Positions 49,197-57,651 of a DNA stretch of 64,000 nt are shown here, piece by piece. Within the stretch, counting starts at the first letter, position 1; each line of letters begins with the position of its first letter. The translations under genes were made by a program, and so were the position numbers. A model generated the notes under the pieces. It searched no databases, was not told the DNA's origin, and saw only the letters and a list, made by a program, of their open reading frames with translations. The DNA is from Kiritimatiellia bacterium (GTDB taxonomy: Bacteria > Verrucomicrobiota > Kiritimatiellia > RFP12 > UBA1067), in NCBI GenBank assembly GCA_045598585.1, contig JAZLMG010000063.1, positions 3,205 through 67,204 of the forward strand, written 5' to 3'.

Positions 49197-51371
49197 GTGC
49201 TTGTGAATCAAAATGTTATAAAACGAATTTTGTCACGTATGACAAAAGAGGAATTCGAATCTCTTGTGCCAATCGTGCTAAAGGCGGCGAGTGGAATGGT
49301 TCCAGTGTGTGTGGACGGATCGAACGATGGTTCCGTTGATTATCATTTGTATAATGGCTTGAACAAGTCACGAATAGTGGTGCAAACTACGGATAACTGG
49401 CAGAACCTTGAGCGCAAGATTAAGGGTAATATGTCGGATGTTGCTGGGCGGGCAGATATAGACATATATTATATGATGGTAAAAGAGGTTGTGTCGAATG
49501 ATGTAAAAGAAAGATTAGAACAGCAGGCTCTTGATAAACATCACTTGATGATGAAGATTCTGGGGGCTAACGAGGTTTCAAGTTTTATCCTCAGATATGA
49601 TTTGATCGATGATTTGTTTAGGTTATCGCACACCGTATCCGACGAGCCAAGTGGTAAGCGAATTCAGCAACCTGAAGTGATGCTACACATGTACTTGTCA
49701 ATGAGTAGTGATAGTAGGGATCTCAATCAAGAGATGATTGACTCAACATTGCGATTCATTCTTTTCAATAAACCACAACAGGGGCGGCAAGAGCTGGCGA
49801 ATGAAGTATTGCAATACTTGCGCCTCCCAGAGCTCAGGCAGTTAGATGTAGTTGGACGTATCGAATCCTTGAGATCTAAAGGTGTATTTGATGAATGTGA
49901 AGGACAGCTAGATTTGTCCTCCGCTGCGAGAAAAGAAATTGATCAATTGGTAGGTGATTATGATGCGGAGTTATCCCTATTTTCCGACATTTGCGTTTCA
50001 ACGATAAAGGAAATTGCAGGTAGAGATTTTGCAATTTCGAATCAAAAAGAGTTTGCGACGTTATTAGCGCGATGCTATGTCTCTTGTTATCTTGATGTAG
50101 TAAAAAGGTCTGATTATGAATTGGATAGCGAGATATTTGCGTCTCCGGTGCTTAATTCGCCATTGACACAAATCAAGTCAATGCTGTTGAAAGATGGTAT
50201 CGCGCAACATAAGTTAGATGAATGCGTGAACACACTTGTTCTTCGTGCGTCAGGTAATTCGTTGGTGAAACGTTTAGCACAATCTGTGGTTTATGTTGCG
50301 ATTCGGGATTATTCAAGCCGCAATTCGCCAGCCGTGTTTAACACTGATAATTGGGGCTCGGTATCAGTTTACGTTGATGCGGCTGCTCTAATGCCATTTC
50401 TCGTATCCTCGCTTTTTGAGCAAGGTAGATTTGCTCGAAATGAGACATGTTTGGCAATTTCTACGATTCAGAAGACTCGATGCAAGTTGTTAGTGCCATT
50501 CGATTATGTTGATGAGGCATCGTCTCATCTGATTGCTGCGAGATGGTATTGTGAAAATGAGGAAGGCTTTGAGGCGGACTTTGAATTTGTTCCGAACGCA
50601 TATGTCTCCTCGTACTACAAGATGAAAAAGTGTGGTATCGAAGTTCCTGATACCCTGAGAGAATATCTTAGCTTGTTTTGCGAGGATCTATTCAAGTTTG
50701 ATAGCAGTCAGTATTCCTACAAATCAGTTGTCAGAGCATCGATTTCGACGTTAGCGCGATATTATGGCGTTGAGATGACGGAATTTAAGGACGCTTTAGA
50801 CGAGCAAGATATTGCTTATTGTGACGAGTGGAAAGAATTCCTGAAAAAGAAGAAAACTGACTGGCGACTTATAAGGCATGACGCATCAGTTTTGTCACAT
50901 ATATATCACAAAGGGAGAACGCAATTGGGTAGAAACGTTCTCGTTACTTGGGATAATTCGCTTCTTAGGGCTGACCGGACACTTCGTAGGGATATCTGGA
51001 TAGTGACCCCTGTTGATATGGCGGACTTGGTAAGTGTGTCGTTTAATGATGAAAATTATGACTTGATGGCATTGTCGCATGCTGTTGCGTCGGTTACGAC
51101 GTCGAGCAAGGAAATGGCTTATGGGCACATCCTTGAGAAAATAATGCTTATGTGCAAAGATAAAAAGATGGATTGGAAATGTAGGTTGGAGATACAGAGA
51201 ATAAGGGACGAGTTCTTTAGTTATTGTGATTCGAATGATAGTAAAGATTGTAGCATCGAATCTGAGGAATGCGAAAAGCGTACCATGGAGATACTTGATA
51301 AATCTGGCTTCTCCGAAGAAGAGTCAGGAGTGGAGTTGACAGGCGGAGAGTCTCAAGATATCAACGAGTGA
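49197..51371 (+). CDS. 724-aa orphan: Mrr/REase-like N-terminal domain, wHTH-like middle, PIN-like C-terminal region
   Basis: FESLVPIVLKAASGMVPVCVDGSNDGSVDY...RIVVQTT resembles the Mrr_cat pattern but lacks the Lys. The C-terminal region contains VSVYVDAAALMPFL, LLVPFDYVDEASSHL and NVLVTWDNSLL, which resemble PIN acidic motifs. There is no P-loop. The start is ambiguous (GTG at 49197 or 49203, ATG at 49239). Confidence 0.45.
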   Translation: MLVNQNVIKRILSRMTKEEFESLVPIVLKAASGMVPVCVDGSNDGSVDYHLYNGLNKSRIVVQTTDNWQNLERKIKGNMSDVAGRADIDIYYMMVKEVVSNDVKERLEQQALDKHHLMMKILGANEVSSFILRYDLIDDLFRLSHTVSDEPSGKRIQQPEVMLHMYLSMSSDSRDLNQEMIDSTLRFILFNKPQQGRQELANEVLQYLRLPELRQLDVVGRIESLRSKGVFDECEGQLDLSSAARKEIDQLVGDYDAELSLFSDICVSTIKEIAGRDFAISNQKEFATLLARCYVSCYLDVVKRSDYELDSEIFASPVLNSPLTQIKSMLLKDGIAQHKLDECVNTLVLRASGNSLVKRLAQSVVYVAIRDYSSRNSPAVFNTDNWGSVSVYVDAAALMPFLVSSLFEQGRFARNETCLAISTIQKTRCKLLVPFDYVDEASSHLIAARWYCENEEGFEADFEFVPNAYVSSYYKMKKCGIEVPDTLREYLSLFCEDLFKFDSSQYSYKSVVRASISTLARYYGVEMTEFKDALDEQDIAYCDEWKEFLKKKKTDWRLIRHDASVLSHIYHKGRTQLGRNVLVTWDNSLLRADRTLRRDIWIVTPVDMADLVSVSFNDENYDLMALSHAVASVTTSSKEMAYGHILEKIMLMCKDKKMDWKCRLEIQRIRDEFFSYCDSNDSKDCSIESEECEKRTMEILDKSGFSEEESGVELTGGESQDINE

Positions 51372-51391
51372 TTGTTGTTCGGGCTATTATA

Positions 51392-51502
51392 ATGACCGCA
51401 AATCGTCGCATATTCCTGAATATCATTGCCACATACGGGCGCTCCCTGTATGCGTTGGTGATTGGGGTTGTTGCCGGGCGGAGGACTTTTATGTCGAGAT
51501 GA
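51392..51502 (+). pseudogene. second 5' stub of the wzx-like flippase gene (30 codons, then out-of-family sequence and a stop)
   Basis: MTANRRIFLNIIATYGRSLYALVIGVVAGR shows clear nucleotide similarity to 39666-39710 plus 39826-39860 and matches the intact Wzx N-terminus at 56058. Confidence 0.5.
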
Positions 51503-51517
51503 AGGGGGAGGGGCTCT

Positions 51518-52399
51518 ATGAGTGAATATACATGCTTTATTGATGAGAGCGGGTGTAAGCAACGTGCGCGGACCCCGATTGCCGACCCTTTTGACATTGG
51601 GGTTGCGGTGGGAGTTGTCGTTCCTTCTGAAAAGGAAAAGAGTTTTAGTCAAGAAATTGCATCAGCTATTCTTTCCTTGGATGTTGAACTTAAGGATGAT
51701 ACGCATGTTACAGATGTTTCTTCTGTTTTGCAAGAGCCTGTTCGGAAGGGAGTATATGATGTAGTTCGCCGTTACGAAGCTGAATTGTATTGGCAAGCAA
51801 TATCCGCTTCCGGATTTCAGCGGTGGGAAGTTGGCATAACTGATGCCGCAGTCAATTCTGCGAAGAATGACTCCAATCCTAATATTGCAATAGTCGGCAA
51901 TCCTGAAAATCCGAGTGCTCATGCAACATTGATCGCAGGAGTGATGGAGAAAGCACTTGCATGTTATGATCAGGTAATGTTTATGACGGATGAGGTTGAT
52001 GCGAAGATATTGAATGAGGCTCAGAATGAAGTTGATGAAGTATTTCGATCCGGCCCTACTACTTATACCGTTAACGCTTATGATAAATGTGCAAGAACAA
52101 GGTTGACGGGGAAAATTGTCAGTACTTGCATAGGGCTTGAGCCTGTTGCTGAAAAAAAATGGGATTTGAAGATTCTTCCCAAGAACAATGGAGGTATTCT
52201 CGCAGCCGATGTTATAGCTAATGCGCTATTATATCATTTGAATGCGCATGTTAAATCGGGAGGGGAGACGTTGAATGATAAGGCCGCAATCAGAGGCTTT
52301 GATCTGGCTGAGTTATGTCGTTGCGCAGAGGGTGGTTGTCCTGATATTGGAGATACTCTTTATGCATTGCGGAAGTGCACGGGAGGTGTTGATGCATGA
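51518..52399 (+). CDS. DUF3800-family protein
   Basis: The N-terminus YTCFIDESG is the DUF3800 hallmark. GGGGAGGGG RBS. Its stop overlaps the next start (ATGA). Confidence 0.65.
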   Translation: MSEYTCFIDESGCKQRARTPIADPFDIGVAVGVVVPSEKEKSFSQEIASAILSLDVELKDDTHVTDVSSVLQEPVRKGVYDVVRRYEAELYWQAISASGFQRWEVGITDAAVNSAKNDSNPNIAIVGNPENPSAHATLIAGVMEKALACYDQVMFMTDEVDAKILNEAQNEVDEVFRSGPTTYTVNAYDKCARTRLTGKIVSTCIGLEPVAEKKWDLKILPKNNGGILAADVIANALLYHLNAHVKSGGETLNDKAAIRGFDLAELCRCAEGGCPDIGDTLYALRKCTGGVDA

Positions 52400-53106
52400 A
52401 AGCATTTTGTTCGATTCTAGCAGGTGGCGTTGGAAAGCGTATGGGCGGAGAGCTGCCGAAGCAGTTCATTCCGCTTAAGGGTGTGCCGATCATCATTCGC
52501 ACGATTCGCCGCGTTTTGGCGTGTGAAGAGTTTACTGCAGTTGTTGTTGCTATTCATCCCGAGTGGGAGACGTACTTCTTTGAGATGCTCTCCAAGTATG
52601 CGATTGATCTTTCGCGTGTCGTCATTTGCTACGGTGGCGCGGAGCGGCACGACTCGATTCTCAATACTCTCGCTGCGGCAAAAGCGAAGTTCGACGTCGG
52701 CGAAGAAGATATCGTTGTCGTTCATGATGCGGTGCGACCGTTTGTGAGCGCGGCGGTCTTGAAGGAGAGTACCTCTGCTGCATCGCTGTACGGTGCGTGT
52801 GTGGCAACGCTTCCTGCCGTTGACACCATGTTGGTTGTCAAAGACGGCATTGTGGTTGATGTCCCCGATCGTTCGAAGCTTTACAACGGGCAAGCGCCGG
52901 ATAGTGCACGTCTTTTGTTGCTCGAGCGAGCGATCCTCTCTCTCACGGCGGAGGAGCGGAAGGTGATTACGGGAACTGCGCAGATTTGTGTCGTGAAGGG
53001 GATTCCGGTGAAAGCGATTCCCGGCAACCCGAACAATATCAAAATCACAACACCTCACGATCTTGAGGTTGGGGAACGAATTTTGGCAGCACTGGGGGAG
53101 GACTGA
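52396..53106 (+). CDS. IspD/TarI-family pentitol-phosphate (ribitol-5-P-type) cytidylyltransferase
   Basis: ILAGGVGKRMGGELPKQFIPLKGVPII N-terminal signature, and VHDAVRPF. Confidence 0.8.
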   Translation: MKAFCSILAGGVGKRMGGELPKQFIPLKGVPIIIRTIRRVLACEEFTAVVVAIHPEWETYFFEMLSKYAIDLSRVVICYGGAERHDSILNTLAAAKAKFDVGEEDIVVVHDAVRPFVSAAVLKESTSAASLYGACVATLPAVDTMLVVKDGIVVDVPDRSKLYNGQAPDSARLLLLERAILSLTAEERKVITGTAQICVVKGIPVKAIPGNPNNIKITTPHDLEVGERILAALGED

Positions 53107-53109
53107 GCG

Positions 53110-54108
53110 ATGAAAGCTTTGGTACTAGATGCTATTGAACAATTAAACTACAAGGATGTTCCGACGCCAACGCCGAAGGCGGGCGAGGTTTTGCTTAAAG
53201 TCAAAGCCTGCGGAATTTGTTCGAGCGACTTTGATCGTTGTCTGAAAACGGGGACTTATCACTTCCCGACAATCCCGGGACATGAATTTTCCGGGCAAAT
53301 TGCCGCGGTAGGTGATGGCGTTGATGCGTCGCTTGTCGGCAAGCGCGCGGTCGTGTTGCCGCTTCTCCCCGACCATGCTTGCGATCAGTGTCAGATTGAA
53401 GCCTATGCGCGATGCAAGAATTATAACTATCATGGTTCGCGGTGCGACGGGGCTTTCGCGGAGTATTTGGCAACGCCGGTCTGGAATGTTCAGACCTTTG
53501 ACGATTCGCTTGACTACAAAGTCGCGGCGCTTTGTGAACCCGCGGCAGTTGCGTACCATGGCGTTAGCGCGGCAAATCTCAAGTCAGGAATGAAGACGCT
53601 TGTCGTCGGCACGGGCGCAATCGGTATTATGGTCGGGCTCTGGGCGCGCGAGCAGGGTGCGAATGTCGTTTTCTCTTGTCGCAAAGAGCGTAAGCGTGCG
53701 TTCATTGAATCATTCGGATTTACCGCGTTCTATGATGGTAAGGCTAATGATTTTGATGTCGCGCTTGAGTGCGTCGGGTCAGACGAGTCGCTTGAGATGG
53801 TGATTAATGCCGTCAAGCCCGCAGCGACTATCGTACTCGTCGGCAATCCCGATGGAGATAAGCAGATAGCCCGTAAGGTTTATTGGAAGATTCTTCGTTC
53901 AGAGTTGACCTTGAAAGGTGTTTGGAATTCGAGCTATACGTCGTCCAATAACGAGTGGCAGAAGGTTCTTCGCGCCTTCGAAAAGAACTCGGACGTCTTC
54001 GCTAAACTCATTACGCATACTTTCCCGCTCTCTGACGGGCTCGACGCATTTGCCGCGCTTAAGAATCCTCAGACATTCGCAGTGAAAGGAATGTTCGTCA
54101 ATGACTAA
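53110..54108 (+). CDS. Zn-dependent medium-chain dehydrogenase (TarJ-like pentulose-5-P reductase candidate)
   Basis: GICSSD..GHEFSG Zn-ligand pattern and a GTGAIG Rossmann motif. The functional call rests on its position between the cytidylyltransferase and the epimerase. Confidence 0.65.
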   Translation: MKALVLDAIEQLNYKDVPTPTPKAGEVLLKVKACGICSSDFDRCLKTGTYHFPTIPGHEFSGQIAAVGDGVDASLVGKRAVVLPLLPDHACDQCQIEAYARCKNYNYHGSRCDGAFAEYLATPVWNVQTFDDSLDYKVAALCEPAAVAYHGVSAANLKSGMKTLVVGTGAIGIMVGLWAREQGANVVFSCRKERKRAFIESFGFTAFYDGKANDFDVALECVGSDESLEMVINAVKPAATIVLVGNPDGDKQIARKVYWKILRSELTLKGVWNSSYTSSNNEWQKVLRAFEKNSDVFAKLITHTFPLSDGLDAFAALKNPQTFAVKGMFVND

Positions 54109-54775
54109 CCGTCCTTCAAAGATCAGCGCATCGATGATGTGTGCGCATCCGTTCCATATAGCGGAGAGTGTTCGTGCGCTTGAAGCGGCCGGTGTCGAGT
54201 ATCTACATCAGGATGTGATGGATGGTAAGTTCGTGCCGAATCTCGGCATGTCACTCGACCATATGAAGTTTCTTCGTAAGTCGACGAAGATCCCGTTTGA
54301 CTTCCATCTGATGACGCTCGATCCTGATAGCATCATTCCGATTCTTGAGCCGCGCGAAGGGGATATTCTGACGGTTCATTACGAAAGCACGTTCCAAGTT
54401 CAGCGCACGCTTGAGAATGCTCGTAAGTACGGCAGTAAAGTCTTTATTGCGATTAATCCGGCGACTTCGCTCTCCGCTCTCGATGAGGTTGTTCATTATG
54501 TTGACGGGGTTAATCTTTTGATGGTTAATCCGGGCTTTGCAGGGCAAAAGGCCGTTGCATCGTGTTTCAAGAAAGCGGAACGCCTCGCCGAGTTTCTGAA
54601 GAACTGCGACCGCGAATCGATTGACTGGGAGGTTGATGGTAATATTACATTCGAGAATGCACGAAAGTTGAAGGCTCTTGGCTCGAATATCTTTGTCGCT
54701 GGCACATCGAGCATCTTTAAGAATAATGTTGTTGATAATGATTTGTTGTCAAATCTGCGGAATTGTATTCAATGA
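54101..54775 (+). CDS. rpe: ribulose-phosphate 3-epimerase paralog
   Basis: SASMMCA.., HQDVMDGKFVPNL, DFHLM and VNPGFAGQK. Confidence 0.85.
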   Translation: MTNRPSKISASMMCAHPFHIAESVRALEAAGVEYLHQDVMDGKFVPNLGMSLDHMKFLRKSTKIPFDFHLMTLDPDSIIPILEPREGDILTVHYESTFQVQRTLENARKYGSKVFIAINPATSLSALDEVVHYVDGVNLLMVNPGFAGQKAVASCFKKAERLAEFLKNCDRESIDWEVDGNITFENARKLKALGSNIFVAGTSSIFKNNVVDNDLLSNLRNCIQ

Positions 54776-56058
54776 GTGTTTACAAAAAACTTCAATCGGT
54801 TAAATTTCTTCGTCGTGTCCATCAGTGGTATTGGACATTTATTCGACTCTTTTTGTTTGAGCGCTTTTTGCCATCGATGTTTTTGCGGATTAGATATGTC
54901 TTTATGCTAAAGAAAATTAGGAAATGCTATAAGAAACGCAAGCTTCGCGTAGTTTTCCTTTTAAGTAATCCATCGAAGTGGAAAGTTCAATCGCTATATG
55001 ACTTGATGAAGCAGTCGGATTTTTTCGATCCTCTAGTTGTTGCCACGCCTATGGATATCGAATGTCAGCAACCTATCGAAAATCAGCGTCTAGCAATGCA
55101 AAAAGTCGGAGAATTTTTGCAAGGACGAGGGATCGTATACGATTACGGGATTGATATGCAGTCAGGAAGATTAAAATCTCTACGAAAATTTAATCCTGAT
55201 ATTATTTGGTATACTCAACCTTGGCATATTGACGCGACACAAGCTCCGATGACTACATCGGCCTTTGCGCTATCATGTTATACGCCATATTTCGTGCAGA
55301 ATTATGGCGGATTGGATATGGATTGCCTTTTGCTGCTTCATAGGGAATTATGGCGTCATTTTACATTAAGTGAGAGATGGGCTGGGGAGTTTATGAATGC
55401 ACAAGGGGTCGCTCGCGCAGGTTCTGTTGTCGGATCCGGTCATCCGATGCTCGATGAATTCTATTTGCGTCGCGACGAGCATCTGAAGAGTGAATGTGTG
55501 ATATATGCGCCTCATTTCTCGTGCAATATCGTTGAATGCTTCTCAACATTCTTGAAGAACGGCCGAGAGATTCTCGAATTGGCAAAATCGCATCCCGAAA
55601 TCAACTGGGTGTTTAAACCTCACCCGACATTGCGTTTCACGCTTGAGAATCATTGCGGCTGGACCAAGTCGGAAATCGATGCGTATTATAGCGAATGGGA
55701 AAAAATAGCGACTCCTTGTTACGATGGTAATTATGTTTCTCTATTTAAGCAATCTTGTGCGATGATAACAGATTGTGCATCGTTCTTGGTAGAATATGCT
55801 TGTACAGGCAATCCTATTATCCATCTTATATCTTCGAATGCCAAATATCAACCTCATCCAATAGCCGCCAAGCTGTTCGGATCTTATTATCAAGCGCGCA
55901 ATTGGGACGAGTTCACGAATCATTTTGAAGAAGTTGTTCTAAAGAAGAACGATTATAAGAAAGACGAGCGACTTTCGGCGGTAAGAGATATGCGGCTTCT
56001 TGATAATTATGCCGCGAAGAATATAATTGAGTATCTTGATAAGGAATTTTCGAAGTAA
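54763..56058 (+). CDS. CDP-alditol:poly(alditol phosphate) transferase (TagB/TagF family)
   Basis: VIYAPHF, FKPHP and MITDCASFLVEYACTGNPII resemble the TagF-family C-terminal motifs. An alternative start ATG at 54772 forms an ATGA overlap with rpe. Confidence 0.6.
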   Translation: MYSMSVYKKLQSVKFLRRVHQWYWTFIRLFLFERFLPSMFLRIRYVFMLKKIRKCYKKRKLRVVFLLSNPSKWKVQSLYDLMKQSDFFDPLVVATPMDIECQQPIENQRLAMQKVGEFLQGRGIVYDYGIDMQSGRLKSLRKFNPDIIWYTQPWHIDATQAPMTTSAFALSCYTPYFVQNYGGLDMDCLLLLHRELWRHFTLSERWAGEFMNAQGVARAGSVVGSGHPMLDEFYLRRDEHLKSECVIYAPHFSCNIVECFSTFLKNGREILELAKSHPEINWVFKPHPTLRFTLENHCGWTKSEIDAYYSEWEKIATPCYDGNYVSLFKQSCAMITDCASFLVEYACTGNPIIHLISSNAKYQPHPIAAKLFGSYYQARNWDEFTNHFEEVVLKKNDYKKDERLSAVRDMRLLDNYAAKNIIEYLDKEFSK

Positions 56059-57599
56059 TGACAAAGTCTCAGCGTATTGTTTTAAACACAATTGTCTCTT
56101 ATGGACGTACTGTTCTTTCTATGGCACTGGGGCTTTTCAGCTCGCGATGGATTCTAAAAGGACTTGGAGTTGATGACTTCGGCGTATTTGGTGTCGTAGG
56201 CGGAATTATGACATTTGTTACGATATTAAACAGCTTGCTTTCATCTTCAGTTTCACGCTATTATGCGCATGCAATTGGTGAGGCTGCAGCTGAAAATGTC
56301 GAATCGAATGAAAACCTTGAGAGATGGTTTAATTCGGCTCTAACGATTCACTGGATATTGCCTATTATACTCGTTCTGATTGGATACCCGGTAGGTGTAT
56401 ATGCCTTAGGACATTGGTTACAGATTCCCGTTGGTAGAGAGAATGCTTGCATATGGATATTACGATTGTCAATGTTGACATCTTTTTTTCATATGGTGAG
56501 TGTTCCGTATATTTCAATGTATATGGCGAAACAGTTGATCGCGGAGTTGTCTATTTGGAGTGTTGCAACAACTTTTACGAACTTCGGCATTGCTTATTGG
56601 ATGCTCTCGTTTAATGGAGATCGATTGATTATGTTTGCTGCATTGACAGCAATCATGCCTTCAATAATTCTTCTTATCCAGGTTTGGAGGGCTCGCTCGC
56701 AATTTGCGATGTGTAGAGTTCGATTCAGATATATGTTTGATTTTAGCCGCTTGTCTAAAATATTCAGCTTTGCATTCTGGGATGCGTTCGGTTGGCTTGG
56801 TATGACAGTACGAGATAATGGTTCGGTTCTCGTTTTAAATCACTATTACGGCACGAGTTTAAACGCTGCATATAGTTTGGCACATCGAGTGATTTCGTAT
56901 ACGACTTCGTTATCCGCGTCTATAAACGGAGCGCTACAGCCGGCAATAACGACTTCCGTTGGTGAAGGTAAACTGGACGAGGCGAAAAGTTTGGCGTTTA
57001 AGAGTTGTAAATTCGCGACACTGATGATTCTTTTCTTTGCAGTTCCGGTTATTGTGGAAATTGACGAGTTGCTATATCTGTGGCTTCAAGAGCCGCCGGC
57101 ATACACAGCAACATTTTGCCGCTTGGTTTTAATTTCGTTAGTATTGCAGCATTTGGGTTGGGGGCATCAGATAATTATGGTAGCCATCGGGAAAATCGGC
57201 ATGTTGCAATTTATATTGGCTTCTATTTGTTGTTCGGGACTATTGTTTATGATTGGGCTCATTTGGTTAGGATGTGGACCGGAAAGTATCGGCTATATGC
57301 TTATAATAGTGTTTGGTTTAATGATGATAACACGTGTTATATTTGCACGTAAGTACTTCGGGATGTCGTTACGATACTGGCTATGTAGAGTTTGTGTTCC
57401 GATATTGATAGTCGGATTCGTGTCATATTTAAGTTCCGCGATGTTTGCATTACAATTCAAGCAGTCCTTTCTTCGATTAATTGGTTCCGGGATTGTTTCT
57501 TCTTGTGTGATGATAGCATTATCTTTTACTTGGGTGTTGGATAAAGATGAGAAACGCATGATTTTATCTAAACTCAAAGCTCGCTTCTTTAAGAAGTAA
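56058..57599 (+). CDS. wzx: Wzx-type (MOP superfamily) polysaccharide flippase, intact copy
   Basis: About 12-14 TM segments with a Wzx-type N-terminus. ATGA overlap with the TagF-like gene. Confidence 0.75.
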   Translation: MTKSQRIVLNTIVSYGRTVLSMALGLFSSRWILKGLGVDDFGVFGVVGGIMTFVTILNSLLSSSVSRYYAHAIGEAAAENVESNENLERWFNSALTIHWILPIILVLIGYPVGVYALGHWLQIPVGRENACIWILRLSMLTSFFHMVSVPYISMYMAKQLIAELSIWSVATTFTNFGIAYWMLSFNGDRLIMFAALTAIMPSIILLIQVWRARSQFAMCRVRFRYMFDFSRLSKIFSFAFWDAFGWLGMTVRDNGSVLVLNHYYGTSLNAAYSLAHRVISYTTSLSASINGALQPAITTSVGEGKLDEAKSLAFKSCKFATLMILFFAVPVIVEIDELLYLWLQEPPAYTATFCRLVLISLVLQHLGWGHQIIMVAIGKIGMLQFILASICCSGLLFMIGLIWLGCGPESIGYMLIIVFGLMMITRVIFARKYFGMSLRYWLCRVCVPILIVGFVSYLSSAMFALQFKQSFLRLIGSGIVSSCVMIALSFTWVLDKDEKRMILSKLKARFFKK

Positions 57600-57607
57600 A
57601 AAAGAAA

Positions 57608-57631
57608 GGGGAGGGCGGTTAAGCCCTCCCC
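57608..57631. terminator. bidirectional rho-independent terminator between convergent genes
   Basis: GGGGAGGGC-ggttaa-GCCCTCCCC is a perfect 9-bp stem. An A-run lies on the left, which is a T-run for the minus-strand gene ending at 57652. Confidence 0.7.
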
Positions 57632-57651
57632 AATTCTCATGCTTGCAGTCC

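Larger units (their letters stand above)
40024..51391. other. AT-richer genomic (defence) island inserted in the glycan locus
   Basis: There is an abrupt by-eye drop in G+C and a change of codon usage compared with both flanks. The content is methyltransferases, nuclease-like genes and an IS remnant, bounded by wzx 5' stubs. Confidence 0.6.

Noticed and set aside
52152-52159. A8 homopolymer inside the DUF3800 gene as a possible phase-variation tract.
   Set aside because: The tract is short for slipped-strand switching, and nothing in a single sequence indicates length heterogeneity. It would need population read data.
57327-57340. Perfect 14-bp palindrome ATAACACGTGTTAT inside wzx, with a CACGTG core like parS.
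   Set aside because: Its flanks do not match the TGTTNCACGTGNAACA parS consensus, there is only a single copy, and it lies inside an AT-rich horizontally acquired gene far from parB.
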